Source: Candidatus Poribacteria bacterium (GTDB taxonomy: Bacteria; Poribacteria; WGA-4E; WGA-3G). From it: a stretch of 64,000 bases of DNA. Below are positions 11,014 through 22,130 of this stretch, piece after piece. Under the pieces are notes generated by a model. That model was not told where the DNA came from. It was given only the letters and a program-made list of their open reading frames with translations, and searched no databases. The stretch covers positions 128,001 to 192,000 of the forward strand of contig CAXXUA010000013.1 of NCBI GenBank assembly GCA_963663765.2, read 5' to 3'. The stretch's first letter is position 1, and each line of letters opens with the position of its first letter. Made by a program: the position numbers and the translations under genes.

Positions 11014-12039
11014 TTATAGTCGTCTTTTTAAGGTTTCGCGAATGTTCTTTATTCTGTCAAGATTGTAAATAAGTGCTAACACTAATTTCAAGGGAAACGA
11101 GAGTATATTTATTGCTAAGCCGAAAACATTTGGTCTAATTGAGATAGGCAAATAATTGTGCATTAGCATCAATGTTCTATTGAGTTTTTGACAGATGTAT
11201 ATTTCAGCTGAACTGAGGTTACTCACATTCCTATTGCTTTCATTCCAGTATCCTGCGCGCTCTGGATTTATTCCAAGTTGTCCTGGTTTGTCCGTGTTCA
11301 CAGAAGACCCTACTTGCGGTACTTGGAGCAATGACTTATCATATTCTATATCCACAAAGTTGCAAATACGCGAAACCGTGGCTTCAGGATTCTCAAGCAA
11401 TTTCTCAAAGTAGACAGTCATTACCCGTGCGTTATCAGCAAATTTCTCTGCGGTACTAACTGCAGAGTGCCAAATTTTGTTAATCGTTATGGGGTGATAG
11501 TTAATCCAATCGCGCAAACTTTCCTTTATTGGCATATCGGTGCCTCCCAAAAATCTGCGTTTCCATTTACGTTTTTGTGACAAGAGCACATCTCGCGGGT
11601 CACGTACCATATTTACGATTTTTGCGTTCGGATAGTATTTTAGGATTTCATCAATATAAAAGACGTTGCGCGGGGTCTGGTCACAAGGAATGGTTTTTCC
11701 ATGCAACGAAGTCTCGTAACTTAGGAAATCGGAATAAAGTTCTGAGGGGTCAATAGGAAAACCTGTCAACGATTCGCAAAATGTCCGTGCGTCTCGCTCA
11801 AAACGTTGGGAATCTCCATGTGTGCGGTAGCCTTCACGTTGAATACACAACAACTTTGCAGCCAATGCTTCTGCCTCTGATTGATTCAATTTTGCCTTTA
11901 TTGCAGGTGACCAAAGTTGTCCGTAAAAGTGAAGTTCGCCAAAGGTGAAAACATCTGGGTGATTGCCTAATATCCGTCCCATCATTGTTGTGCCGCTACG
12001 ACTGTTCCCAACGACAAAAAGCATTTTAGCAGAATTCAC
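11014..12039 (-). CDS. PAPS-dependent sulfotransferase
   Basis: FVVGNSRSGTT; MVRDPRDVLLS. Confidence 0.9.
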   Translation of the reverse strand: MNSAKMLFVVGNSRSGTTMMGRILGNHPDVFTFGELHFYGQLWSPAIKAKLNQSEAEALAAKLLCIQREGYRTHGDSQRFERDARTFCESLTGFPIDPSELYSDFLSYETSLHGKTIPCDQTPRNVFYIDEILKYYPNAKIVNMVRDPRDVLLSQKRKWKRRFLGGTDMPIKESLRDWINYHPITINKIWHSAVSTAEKFADNARVMTVYFEKLLENPEATVSRICNFVDIEYDKSLLQVPQVGSSVNTDKPGQLGINPERAGYWNESNRNVSNLSSAEIYICQKLNRTLMLMHNYLPISIRPNVFGLAINILSFPLKLVLALIYNLDRIKNIRETLKRRL

Positions 12040-13661
12040 TTGTGTACCTCAATTACACCGAAACTGTTTTTGGGAATTGACAGATTCTTTGCTTTCCCTT
12101 TCCATTCTTGGAGACGCACCTCAATTTCCCCCGAACCTTCCAACTCAGCATTTCCCCCATTCGTCGCTTTTAGTCTTTCATTCGCAACAAAACGATATGT
12201 AATCTGCTTTTTAAATCTTCTCCCATCTATGATGATTTGCGGTAAAACTTCATCACTGGTACGGTTGCTGACGAAGATGTTAAGTCGTTCTGTGCTGCCA
12301 ATTGCTTGTGTTTGAATACCGTCCATCATCTGTCCTTTATAATCCAATTGTCCATCAAGCAAAGGTGTATTTGCGGTATAGGTTTTGAACTGTGTGTCAG
12401 CTTTTGAAAAAGCATCACCAATTAATTGAAAAGTATAATAGACAGTGCGCCGAATTGTGTTACCGTAGTCCGATTCAGGTTCACCACCATATTTCCAGAA
12501 ACTGCGTTCAGATGGGGGAGTAATACGAGAAAAAACTGGGAATCCTTTGCCAGGACCAGTAATTACATGAAAATTGGCATGTGTAATTTTGGGTGTATTT
12601 AGGATTTTAAGAAAGAAATCACCCGCGTACATTGCATGCAGTTGTGTGTTTGTGACACGGTTTGCTGGATTGGCGATATTCCATTCTGTGATCCACATCT
12701 CTTTATCGGGGAATAACTCTTGGTAGTATTCCATTGCCTGATCAAAATCATGATGTATCCATCCGAATAAATATCCTCGCATTTGTTCAATTTTCACATC
12801 ACGTGTAGCTTTGTAAGCATAGACATGAACGGAGAAAGCATCATACCAACTTGATGCTGTTGGATCATCTTGTTTAGCTAATCCTTCATCCCATTTACGT
12901 TGCGGTGTTTTTATTAGGAATCCCTCTTTGTGAAATGCGACTGGTGATGCACACACCGAAACCTTTATGTCCGGATCAACCGCTTTCATCGCTAAACCGT
13001 GCTTCTCTGCTTCTCTCATATAGATTTTTGCAGTTGGAAATTTGTTAGCATAGTGTGGAAGATAATGCTCATTTCCGAGTTCCCAATAGGAAACCTTGTA
13101 TCCTTTATTTTTTGCATAACGCACCCATTCAGCACTCTCTTCGGGACTCCCTGTCCATAGATTTACCATGACGATGGGAGTAATATTTTGCTTTTGACAC
13201 AGTTGCATGAAGTTATCAAAAGAAATTATCCCATTCCGACGTTTTTGAAGTCTGACAAAGTTACCTCTATTACGTTTGTTGAGTTGTGGACTCAATGTCG
13301 TCTCCATTTCCTCTCTAATAAAACCTTTAGTTTTCCAGTGGTAGAAATTGCCGACAGTTCCCCCAGGAAAACGAAGCGTCTTCGGTTGGAGTACTTTTGT
13401 GAGAGCCAAAAAGTCTTCATCAAGATACGCGTAATCCCCACTCATCATGTTCGTATTGAAACCGTAGAGTTCTTTTCTTAATGGTGTTGATGTCTGCGTA
13501 TCAACCTCTAAGCGGATTGCTCCATCCATATATGATCTGTCAATACATCCACGTATGAGTATTACAGATAATATGCCACTGGCTAAACAGATGCAAAACA
13601 GGAAAGTCATTGAAGTAAACGATTTCCATTTCTTTGTTTGCTCTTGATTCATAAGTCTCAC
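12036..13661 (-). CDS. Membrane-anchored clan GH-A glycoside hydrolase (GH51/GH79-like)
   Basis: N-terminal TM helix; LRFPGGT..YHW, WELGNE (acid/base), WITEWN (nucleophile). Confidence 0.75.
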   Translation of the reverse strand: MRLMNQEQTKKWKSFTSMTFLFCICLASGILSVILIRGCIDRSYMDGAIRLEVDTQTSTPLRKELYGFNTNMMSGDYAYLDEDFLALTKVLQPKTLRFPGGTVGNFYHWKTKGFIREEMETTLSPQLNKRNRGNFVRLQKRRNGIISFDNFMQLCQKQNITPIVMVNLWTGSPEESAEWVRYAKNKGYKVSYWELGNEHYLPHYANKFPTAKIYMREAEKHGLAMKAVDPDIKVSVCASPVAFHKEGFLIKTPQRKWDEGLAKQDDPTASSWYDAFSVHVYAYKATRDVKIEQMRGYLFGWIHHDFDQAMEYYQELFPDKEMWITEWNIANPANRVTNTQLHAMYAGDFFLKILNTPKITHANFHVITGPGKGFPVFSRITPPSERSFWKYGGEPESDYGNTIRRTVYYTFQLIGDAFSKADTQFKTYTANTPLLDGQLDYKGQMMDGIQTQAIGSTERLNIFVSNRTSDEVLPQIIIDGRRFKKQITYRFVANERLKATNGGNAELEGSGEIEVRLQEWKGKAKNLSIPKNSFGVIEVHK

Positions 13662-15007
13662 AAGCCGATTTTTATTGTTCTATAGGTTTGAAGTGATGCG
13701 TCACTTCCAAACATGAGGCCTGCACACAACCAAAAATAGAACCCGTAACCTCTGAATTCAAGTGTGCGATTGAAAAACAGCAGAAAAACAGTCACAGTAA
13801 CTAAGCATAACATAGTCATAGCAATTTCTTTCGTATATTTGCCGACTGCATGTTTATATATGCTCAAAGCAGCCATAAAGAGTCGGAGAAAGATTAAGGC
13901 AAATAATCCTAAACCTAACAACCCGTAGAAACAGAGAATAGCGACCCAATACACATCTTTAAAACCTTTTTTACTTAGGACTTTGAGAAGAAACGAACGT
14001 TTGCTCATATTAAGTCTTTCAATTGTCGTGTTCTGGTCTGCACCATAACCTAAAATAGGTTTATTTGCAAGGACTGTCGGTACATTTCCGATGAGCGCAC
14101 CGAGTCTCTGTTTTTGAGCGACATGCACATAAGAACCGGAAAAAACACCTGTAATATTCCCTACCATACCGACTTTTGCTTTGCGGGGATTTATGTATTC
14201 CAATCCGAATGGGTTCACGATTGCCAACAAAACTGCAAAAATGAGTATTATTGCTAATGCTAAACGCAATGCTTGCATCCAACCGTATTGGAAGAAGTAC
14301 CAAGCGGCACAAGCCAAAATTGCGGAAAAAGTTGCGGCGCGTGAATATGATCTTGCAATGAACATTAACAGGATCGCTATTCCAAGCAAATTTAGATATT
14401 CTAATCGTTTTATACGCGACAAAAAAATGACCAATATAAGGATCATAAAGACCCCATAAATGACAGTATCTCCTAAAGTGCCGTAGATACTTCCTATTTC
14501 TCGTCCTAATTCCAACAACCTGTATTCTTTTGTAAAACCCCCAACTTCAAGATTAGAGGCGCGAGGAAGGAAGAAGTCAAAAGCACCGGTACCACCAACC
14601 CACTGTATCATACCGGCAAAGAGTTGGACGACACCAACACAAAGAACAATTCGAAGTAACGTCCCAATTCGTTTTTCAGACAAAGGAGAATTGGCTATGA
14701 GGTAGAATAGGACGATATATCTTGCAAACGGTCTGATATTGTAAAGACTTCCGATCAGTGGTGAACGGTTTATCACCATGGAAAGAAAAACCACGATATA
14801 AAAACCTATAACGGGTATATCAATTGAAGTTTTGACAAACGGGATCCCTTTGTAGAGTTTGTGGATAACGAGTTTCCCAAATGCTACGTAGATTAGCATT
14901 TCACCCAAGAATCTTAGATAGGAATAGATGGTATCACTTACAGGCAAGAACTTAAGTACAAATTCTTCAAATGCAAAGTAACCCGTGAGAAAATATATAA
15001 TTGACAT
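13658..15007 (-). CDS. Wzy polymerase / O-antigen ligase family membrane protein
   Basis: About 10-12 hydrophobic segments, SYSRAA and KPILGYG motifs, glycan-locus context. Confidence 0.75.
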   Translation of the reverse strand: MSIIYFLTGYFAFEEFVLKFLPVSDTIYSYLRFLGEMLIYVAFGKLVIHKLYKGIPFVKTSIDIPVIGFYIVVFLSMVINRSPLIGSLYNIRPFARYIVLFYLIANSPLSEKRIGTLLRIVLCVGVVQLFAGMIQWVGGTGAFDFFLPRASNLEVGGFTKEYRLLELGREIGSIYGTLGDTVIYGVFMILILVIFLSRIKRLEYLNLLGIAILLMFIARSYSRAATFSAILACAAWYFFQYGWMQALRLALAIILIFAVLLAIVNPFGLEYINPRKAKVGMVGNITGVFSGSYVHVAQKQRLGALIGNVPTVLANKPILGYGADQNTTIERLNMSKRSFLLKVLSKKGFKDVYWVAILCFYGLLGLGLFALIFLRLFMAALSIYKHAVGKYTKEIAMTMLCLVTVTVFLLFFNRTLEFRGYGFYFWLCAGLMFGSDASLQTYRTIKIGL

Positions 15008-15044
15008 TTTATATTACTAAACTACAAGAGCAGATTGATAGACC

Positions 15045-15947
15045 TTAGATAGAATCCTTATACGAATTCCAATGAGATAAATCTTGGTGAATTAATTTCT
15101 CCAATTGCTCGTTGTGTGGTTTAAAATAGTTGACTAATTCCTTGTGCGTTTTTGAAGTTAGAGGTGGCGGTGAAAAATGTTTTTCATTCAAATCCAAAAT
15201 GGTTTTTCTGATTTTATGAGCTGCTTTTGACGGTACCAACTTGCGAATTGCACGTCTGATTGGGTTTTTAGATGCAAGAAACTGTGTGAACAGATAGCTA
15301 AATTTATCGGAACGTGGCATTGCTGCTTGATTATAGTGCCGTTCTACGCTCGGTTCAAAATCCTCACGGATACCTATCAAGTTATAGATACGTCTACATA
15401 CTGCTTTAGCATCGGTCTTTAGTTCATCTGTTAGGATGCAATGTATCTGCTCTTCTCCAAATTGCGTTATCAGGTTTTTGATAGGTGGATAGTAGGTACT
15501 ATTGAACTTATATGCGCATTGTCTCCATTTGAACCAATCTTCAATGAGGCGGTGCTGTTCTACTGCGAGTGCTTCTTCAAATGTTTTGATATTTTCCCAA
15601 CCTCTGCGCCGCGCCCACCAATAAGCAGAATAGGCGCGAGCAACCGGTTCTCGGAGGAGAACAACAAGATGGATCTTCGGATTGTGTTTATAGATCCGTT
15701 GCATTATGTCATGTGAGTACATCACCATAACATTCTTTGCAATCAGTTTTTTGTCCTCAGGACATTGTGCAAAGTATTTCGTATAAGCCAATTCGTAACC
15801 ACGTTCATATTCATGGTCTTGGAGAAAATAGGTCATCTCTGACTGTGAATGGGTATGTATCTCGGGATGCTGTGCTAAATAACGCAGTAGTGAGGAAGTT
15901 CCCGATTTCTGAGTTCCCACAATCATGAGTTGAATTGTTTTATTCAT
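15045..15947 (-). CDS. Sulfotransferase (heparan-sulfate sulfotransferase-like motifs)
   Basis: IVGTQKSGTSSL; LLREPVARAYS. Confidence 0.9.
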   Translation of the reverse strand: MNKTIQLMIVGTQKSGTSSLLRYLAQHPEIHTHSQSEMTYFLQDHEYERGYELAYTKYFAQCPEDKKLIAKNVMVMYSHDIMQRIYKHNPKIHLVVLLREPVARAYSAYWWARRRGWENIKTFEEALAVEQHRLIEDWFKWRQCAYKFNSTYYPPIKNLITQFGEEQIHCILTDELKTDAKAVCRRIYNLIGIREDFEPSVERHYNQAAMPRSDKFSYLFTQFLASKNPIRRAIRKLVPSKAAHKIRKTILDLNEKHFSPPPLTSKTHKELVNYFKPHNEQLEKLIHQDLSHWNSYKDSI

Positions 15948-15989
15948 TGAATTTCATCTCTTTGAAATAATGACTTGACTTCCTCTGAA

Positions 15990-16973
15990 CTAAAGCTCAG
16001 TAGTAAATAGTTGCCATGGTGGATTTCTACTGATTAATTCTGCAAGATTATGCACATCGTCCTTGTAAAAATTGATTAGCCGATTTCGTGTCTCATCTGA
16101 CATGTTGACGTTTTCAGTTGGACGTGTGTTTAGTCGGAGATAAATTGGTTCAATTGTTCGTCTGAGTAATTTAAATGAACTATGTACAATCGGTTTGTCA
16201 TGAGTCCATTTGCGTAATCGGAATCGGAAGTCTCTATACTTTCTATGTACTTCAGTGTTTTTCATCGTTTCAGTCCGATTTGTGACTTTAAACGTGTAAT
16301 CCTCGTAAAAACTTGCATCGATGTCTGCGAAACGACATAGGTTATTGAGAACTGTTGAAGGGTCTGTTGCAAGGTCTTCATAATAGAGGATGTGCAAACG
16401 TGATGGTTCAAACTGACTATAATACTCCTTGAGATAAACCGAATAACATCCTTGTTTGAGTGTTTCCCAATGTTGTTCAGCGGGTGTTTCATCCTTATTA
16501 CCAAAAAAATCAGAATCATACTTACCATCAAAATAGTCAAATAAAATCTCTACATAGGTATCAAAAGTAAAGTCTTGTGGTAATTTTCCATCCTGTTTTG
16601 CAAACCGATACCATGAGATCAACCTTGAAATCGGTTCACGTAGACTAAAAACAAACTTTGCTTTGGGTAGAAACTTTGCAATTCTTTCAAGTGCATAAGG
16701 ACAATACAGATAATCTGGTGTTGATTCAAGTCGGATCTGATCGTCACCGCATTGTGGAAAAAGTAGATTATACTCCTCTACATCACCGGTAAATCTATAT
16801 TTTGAGGGTAGTGGGTAATCAGTGTGTAGAAAGAATCGTGTTTCTTTGTAGGTGGCACTACATATAGCGGGATGGTCTGCAAGATATGTAAATAACGATG
16901 TCGTGGCAGCTTTTGTTGTTCCACCAACGATTAAATAGTGATGGTCACTGACCATTTTTGTTGAAATACTCAT
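15990..16973 (-). CDS. Sulfotransferase (heparan-sulfate sulfotransferase-like motifs)
   Basis: GGTTKAATTSL; KETRFF; ESTPDY; LREPISRLIS. Confidence 0.9.
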   Translation of the reverse strand: MSISTKMVSDHHYLIVGGTTKAATTSLFTYLADHPAICSATYKETRFFLHTDYPLPSKYRFTGDVEEYNLLFPQCGDDQIRLESTPDYLYCPYALERIAKFLPKAKFVFSLREPISRLISWYRFAKQDGKLPQDFTFDTYVEILFDYFDGKYDSDFFGNKDETPAEQHWETLKQGCYSVYLKEYYSQFEPSRLHILYYEDLATDPSTVLNNLCRFADIDASFYEDYTFKVTNRTETMKNTEVHRKYRDFRFRLRKWTHDKPIVHSSFKLLRRTIEPIYLRLNTRPTENVNMSDETRNRLINFYKDDVHNLAELISRNPPWQLFTTEL

Positions 16974-17016
16974 AATTCGTCATGTGTTAAACCGATGCTA
17001 CAAGGTAAAAGTGAGA

Positions 17017-18363
17017 TCAATATCGGGTGAACAAAGAAATCCCGGTTTTTCGCAGTAGGTATGTTAGATTCGCAACTGCAAGCAATGCCGTCACTGCAAC
17101 AGCTACTGGGATTCCAACAAGTTGCCATACATTTACCAATCCAAAAGCTAAAACGAAGTTTATAACAGCCATCGTTAGCATGTTTCTAAAAACAAGTGAA
17201 TACGCTTTTTGTGCATAAAGTCCAGCATTTAACACAGGTATAAGACATGCGAATGTCATACCCGTACTGAGCCAAAAAAGCAGTTGTGCAATCTGTTGAA
17301 TTGATGATTCATTAAGACTACTTTGTCCGTAGAAAAACAGCATAGATATGATTTTTGTATTGCTTAGAAGCAAAAGCAATGACACCGGTATTGCAATGCA
17401 GAGTGCTGCAACTATATTTCTATAGAGTGTGTGTTTTAATTTGTGGTGATTATCCTCCACATCATGTGTCGCCATTTCGGGTAACCCTGTAGTGGCAATA
17501 CTTATACCAATGAGTGTTTGTATAGCAGAATAAATTCGGAATGCGCTGTTGTAACGTGTGATTGCGCCTTCACCTATTTTCTCTACAAGATATATTTCAA
17601 CTAACAAACGTGCACTGATCTGTCGGATTGCAAACCCCAGTGTAGGTAACGTAATAGCGTTTTTCAATGAACGTAACGTTTCAAAAGATACCCATTTTAG
17701 TTGATACCGATGTCCTGTTTGGTACATTCCAAGGCATAACCATCCGAAGTATGCTACGAATCCTACTGTATAAGCTAACGTAACCCAGTGGGATATTTGT
17801 TCTGTGTTCCATAGGAACAGAAAGACTACAGTAGCAATGCCCGGTGGTAATGCATTTCGGAGTGCTACGGTTTTGAATCGTCTCTGACTGTTGAGATATG
17901 CACCAAGTATCGTACTTCCACAACCGAAAATCAGTAGTGGCGAACAATACCTTAATAGAAGTGTCATTTCTGTTTGAGCTTCAACTGAGCTACTTGATAG
18001 CAACACTATAGCAATCCATGGTGCAAAAACCGCTATTGTCAGTGCGATCATCGCACCTACTCCCAGTGCAAGATTTAGGATTCCGTTCGTAAAGTGTTGA
18101 TATGCGACACCTTTCTTTGATTTCTCCTCATTAATAAAAAGTGGGACAAGACTAAACTTAGCGCCTTCCCTAAAAATAGTATCTACTAATAGGACAACTT
18201 TTAACGCGGTAATCAATGCGTCCGCAGTAGAACCTTCTCCCAAGCGTCTCGGAATTAACAGATGGAATATGAGACCAAACGCCATTCCAACAAAAGTAAT
18301 CAGCATCACCCATCGCGTTGGACCATGCCAAAGTTTGTTGATGAGGCTGCGAAAACGGTTCAT
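17017..18363 (-). CDS. MurJ/MviN-like (MOP superfamily) flippase
   Basis: Polytopic protein with FREGA..SLVP and IGISIATTGLP segments resembling MurJ; located in the glycan locus. Confidence 0.75.
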   Translation of the reverse strand: MNRFRSLINKLWHGPTRWVMLITFVGMAFGLIFHLLIPRRLGEGSTADALITALKVVLLVDTIFREGAKFSLVPLFINEEKSKKGVAYQHFTNGILNLALGVGAMIALTIAVFAPWIAIVLLSSSSVEAQTEMTLLLRYCSPLLIFGCGSTILGAYLNSQRRFKTVALRNALPPGIATVVFLFLWNTEQISHWVTLAYTVGFVAYFGWLCLGMYQTGHRYQLKWVSFETLRSLKNAITLPTLGFAIRQISARLLVEIYLVEKIGEGAITRYNSAFRIYSAIQTLIGISIATTGLPEMATHDVEDNHHKLKHTLYRNIVAALCIAIPVSLLLLLSNTKIISMLFFYGQSSLNESSIQQIAQLLFWLSTGMTFACLIPVLNAGLYAQKAYSLVFRNMLTMAVINFVLAFGLVNVWQLVGIPVAVAVTALLAVANLTYLLRKTGISLFTRY

Positions 18364-18418
18364 ATTGAATTCATATTTGGTATCAGTTCAACCGATGTTA
18401 TTGCATCGCTGTTGGGGT

Positions 18419-19423
18419 TTATTTATTCCAAGCATCTGGTAAATTCTTTCGAATTTCTATATTACTAAATTCTGTAGCAGGACGAGGTCCAACAGATTTT
18501 GCCCATTTTGCCATGCGGTTAAGTCCTTCTGCAAGGGGAACATGAGACGCAGTTCCGAAAATCTGACGAAACTTTTCATGGGAACAATACGCGTGTTTCA
18601 CTTCGTCCCGTGCTTCAAAATGTTTTATAGGCACTTCCTGTTCCATTGCAGTCATGACAAGTTCCGCTAACTTATTGACAGAAACATGTGTATCCGACCC
18701 AACGTTGAAGACTTCACATGAGGTTTCTGGAATGTCAACGCATCGAGCAATATGGGGTGCAACATCAGCGATATGTGTAAATGCTCGAGTCTGTTCACCA
18801 TCTCCAAAAACAATCAACGGTTCATGCTGCATAATCTTGTTCATGAAGATGCCGATAACGTTTCGGTATTTATCACTGATATTTTGCAGTTCACCGTAGA
18901 CGTTGTGTGGACGAAAAATGGTGTAATCCAGGTCAAAAAGACGTTTTGAGACGATGAGTTCCTGTTCCACAGCATATTTTGCGATTCCGTAAGGATCTTC
19001 AGGTATCGGTATAAGTTTTTCGTGCATCGGTAGTTGGTTTTCACCGTAAACTGCGATGGAAGAGGTAAACACAAACCTTTTGACATTGTTGTTGACTGCA
19101 GCGTTTATTAAGTTGACACTACCGATTAGGTTATTTTGATAATTGAACCGCTTGATGAAATGGCTCAGACCTTCTGCAGCATACGCTGCGAGATGATAAA
19201 TATAGTCAAATTTGTACTGCTCAAAGAGTTTTTCTATAAGTTGAACATCAAGAATGCTGCCTTCAATGAAAGTTGCTTCGGGGTTGACATTTTCACGAAA
19301 CCCACCGCTTATATCATCAAGGACAACAACTGTATGGTCACCGACGCAGAGTAGTTCGTTGACGACGTGTGCTCCCATGAAGCCCGCGCCGCCGGTAACC
19401 AATGAACTATGTTTCATATTCAT
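18419..19423 (-). CDS. NAD-dependent epimerase/dehydratase (UDP-glucose 4-epimerase-like)
   Basis: VTGGAGFMG; TSSIAVYG; YGIAK (YxxxK). Confidence 0.93.
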   Translation of the reverse strand: MNMKHSSLVTGGAGFMGAHVVNELLCVGDHTVVVLDDISGGFRENVNPEATFIEGSILDVQLIEKLFEQYKFDYIYHLAAYAAEGLSHFIKRFNYQNNLIGSVNLINAAVNNNVKRFVFTSSIAVYGENQLPMHEKLIPIPEDPYGIAKYAVEQELIVSKRLFDLDYTIFRPHNVYGELQNISDKYRNVIGIFMNKIMQHEPLIVFGDGEQTRAFTHIADVAPHIARCVDIPETSCEVFNVGSDTHVSVNKLAELVMTAMEQEVPIKHFEARDEVKHAYCSHEKFRQIFGTASHVPLAEGLNRMAKWAKSVGPRPATEFSNIEIRKNLPDAWNK

Positions 19424-19430
19424 TGCCTTT

Positions 19431-22052
19431 TTATTTAATTATTACAAGACGTTTAGTTTGGCTTGTTTTTGGCGTCACTAATTCGTAGATATAGACACCA
19501 CTTGCAACTGCCTCTCCAGATTCATTCCGTCCATCCCAATATGCGGCTTTGCTACGGTTAATATAATATCCTGAGGTCTGATGTCCTGAATAAACTGTCT
19601 TTACAACCTTACCTGAAGTGTTATAGATGCGTATAATGATATCAGCATCCCCTGCAAGTTGATACGGAATCCAAGTCTCAGGATTAAAAGGATTTGGATA
19701 ATTTGCAAGAAGTTTTGTTTTGATAGGACCATTATCCGGCATCAACAGTTGTCTTAAAAATCGTTTTACCAATTCTTTCTGTGTAGCGTCACCTTGAATT
19801 TCTTCAATTTTTAGATAAAATGAATAGAGGAGAGCGATGTCGTTTTCAGTCAAGGATGGGAAATGACTTAACATCGTGCTTGCATTTGAGACTCTCTGAT
19901 GTGTCTGAGAAGGTGCGGCGTTACTATTATGTTTTTCTTCAATAATCTTAATAATCCAAATCACATCAGCAAGGTCTACTTTTCCATCTTTGTTAGCATC
20001 AAGTCGTGCGTTTGAGGGAGGATCTTCTCCGAAATGCGCTACAACAACAAGCATATCGAGTATATCTATATTACCGTCCTGATTGACATCACCTGGGAGT
20101 CGCGTTTGAATACCACTTTCAACGATGTGCAACACTTGGTTAACTTCAATGTCAGACAATTTTTGCAATATCCCGCTGGGCCAATAGATTGCCAATTCGC
20201 CGACTTTCTCATTCTGTGCGAGTCCAAAATGGATGCGTTTCTGGTCTTGTTGGCACCAATGAAATCCGCCCCCGTTTTCCCGTAATTGGGTTTTGCCATC
20301 AGGAGTTGTAGCAAAAAGTCTTGCTCCGATACCATCCCAATTAGAAACATTGCCTTCTAAATCAATTTGCAACCAATTGTTTCCACTCCCTATATTTCGG
20401 AAAAGTTGATCGGGGCCTTCACTAAACGGGTATTCGCCTCTACCGTTTGTGACGAAAATATCAAGATAACCGTCCCTATCGTAATCTGCTACGGTCGCAC
20501 TTTGACCTCTACCCTGCATACTTCCAACGATACCACTTGAATTTGCACGTTCCATAAATGAACCATTGCCAAGGTTTTCATAGAGGTGATTCGGGTAGTT
20601 TTCACTTGTGTTTGATCGTACAACATAGATGTCAAGATCCATATCATTGTCAAAATCACCAGTGGCAACACAGCGACCATCTGCAAACGTACTAATGTTA
20701 CCTATTGCCGTTGAGACAGAAAACATGTTTCCATCGTTAATCAGAAGCCGTGATGGAGGTTGTTCCTTTAGGTCTGAATCGGAAAAGTTAATTCTCTCTA
20801 TTTCTATCATAGGTTCAGAGGATCTAATTATTGCAGATGCTGGACGTTTATGACTCAAAAATGTCCATTTTTGGGTGTCCGGTTCATATCCTACATAGAT
20901 ACCGAATTTTTCGTTTTCAGGACGTGCCTTGAGTCCAACTACTTTTGGCTCATTAGGAAATAGTGTAACTTTAAAGGAAGCAGCTCTTAGGGTTGGCTGG
21001 ACTCCCTGAAATTCACCATTCTGAAATTCTGTTACTTGATGTCCTTCAACGCCAATTTTTACTAATGAAACTTGGGGACCCCACTCTGAATAGATTTCAA
21101 AAGATACATCCCCTTCAGTTACAAAACTCACACCTTTTTCTGTCTCAATACTACGAAGATTCAATTCCAATGTTTGAGTTTCTACCTGTTTAACAAATGA
21201 TTGGTAAAGTCCACGAGCAATAAAGATGTCTGAAAGTAGATCACCATTGAAATCTGCAATGACAGCATCTTGAACAGAGTAACCGTTGGGAATCGTCAAA
21301 CTTTCAGTTATATTTCTAAATGGAGTAATAGATGTATCAAAGACAACAAGTGGGTAGCGATGATAGCTTACAACCAGATGCATGTTCCCGGTCATGTTTA
21401 TACTGGCTAACTGCGCCAAAGCTGTACTCTTATCAAGTGCAAAACCGGCTTGATCACTTTCATTTTCAAAACCACCTGCTGTTTGACCAAACAATGCAGT
21501 TGTAAGCAAGTCTCCACTGCTATCCGTTCTTGTCACCCCTGTAAGGAGAACATCAAGATGACCATCACTATTCCAATCAAACCAGAGAGGAGTTCTACCT
21601 CGTAGAAGCGGAAAGTCTAAACCGAGTTCAGCAGCACTTTCAATTAGCATACCGTTCTCATTGATATAGAAATGGTTGGCATGGTTGCTGTGTGTACCAG
21701 TACTGAAACCACCGTCACTACCGGACAAAATGATAAGATCCTGATCTCCATCATTGTCATAGTCTGCCCATGCCACACCGTGTGTGTCTGCATAAGGATT
21801 TGCGTCCCATACCACATCAATAATGTCTGTGAAAGTGCCATCACCGTTGTTATGATAGAGACTCGGTTTGTGTCTGTGGTTTGTTACCCATAGGTCAAGA
21901 TACCCATCGCCATCAAAATCACCCCATGAATTTCCCCAACTTTCACCAATATGTGTAATACCTGCTTGATGAGAGTCGTCTTCAAACTGTATTTCACTTG
22001 ATGCGGTGGACAGCAGAATGAAAATGAACATTAAAGTTATGAAAATTCGCAT
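19431..22052 (-). CDS. Secreted FG-GAP repeat + ASPIC/UnbV (CRTAC1-like) protein with dockerin-like and C-terminal sorting-type domain
   Basis: Signal peptide; repeated DFDGDGYLDL motifs; RIHFGL...IYWPSG; DVNQDG; LLANYPNPFNPETWIPY. Confidence 0.88.
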   Translation of the reverse strand: MRIFITLMFIFILLSTASSEIQFEDDSHQAGITHIGESWGNSWGDFDGDGYLDLWVTNHRHKPSLYHNNGDGTFTDIIDVVWDANPYADTHGVAWADYDNDGDQDLIILSGSDGGFSTGTHSNHANHFYINENGMLIESAAELGLDFPLLRGRTPLWFDWNSDGHLDVLLTGVTRTDSSGDLLTTALFGQTAGGFENESDQAGFALDKSTALAQLASINMTGNMHLVVSYHRYPLVVFDTSITPFRNITESLTIPNGYSVQDAVIADFNGDLLSDIFIARGLYQSFVKQVETQTLELNLRSIETEKGVSFVTEGDVSFEIYSEWGPQVSLVKIGVEGHQVTEFQNGEFQGVQPTLRAASFKVTLFPNEPKVVGLKARPENEKFGIYVGYEPDTQKWTFLSHKRPASAIIRSSEPMIEIERINFSDSDLKEQPPSRLLINDGNMFSVSTAIGNISTFADGRCVATGDFDNDMDLDIYVVRSNTSENYPNHLYENLGNGSFMERANSSGIVGSMQGRGQSATVADYDRDGYLDIFVTNGRGEYPFSEGPDQLFRNIGSGNNWLQIDLEGNVSNWDGIGARLFATTPDGKTQLRENGGGFHWCQQDQKRIHFGLAQNEKVGELAIYWPSGILQKLSDIEVNQVLHIVESGIQTRLPGDVNQDGNIDILDMLVVVAHFGEDPPSNARLDANKDGKVDLADVIWIIKIIEEKHNSNAAPSQTHQRVSNASTMLSHFPSLTENDIALLYSFYLKIEEIQGDATQKELVKRFLRQLLMPDNGPIKTKLLANYPNPFNPETWIPYQLAGDADIIIRIYNTSGKVVKTVYSGHQTSGYYINRSKAAYWDGRNESGEAVASGVYIYELVTPKTSQTKRLVIIK

Positions 22053-22130
22053 TATTTCTTCTTTTTGCTTCTCAACAAGTCATACGCAAAAGCTACCTAA
22101 TATATTCTAAGTTTCCTAATACATCCTTTA

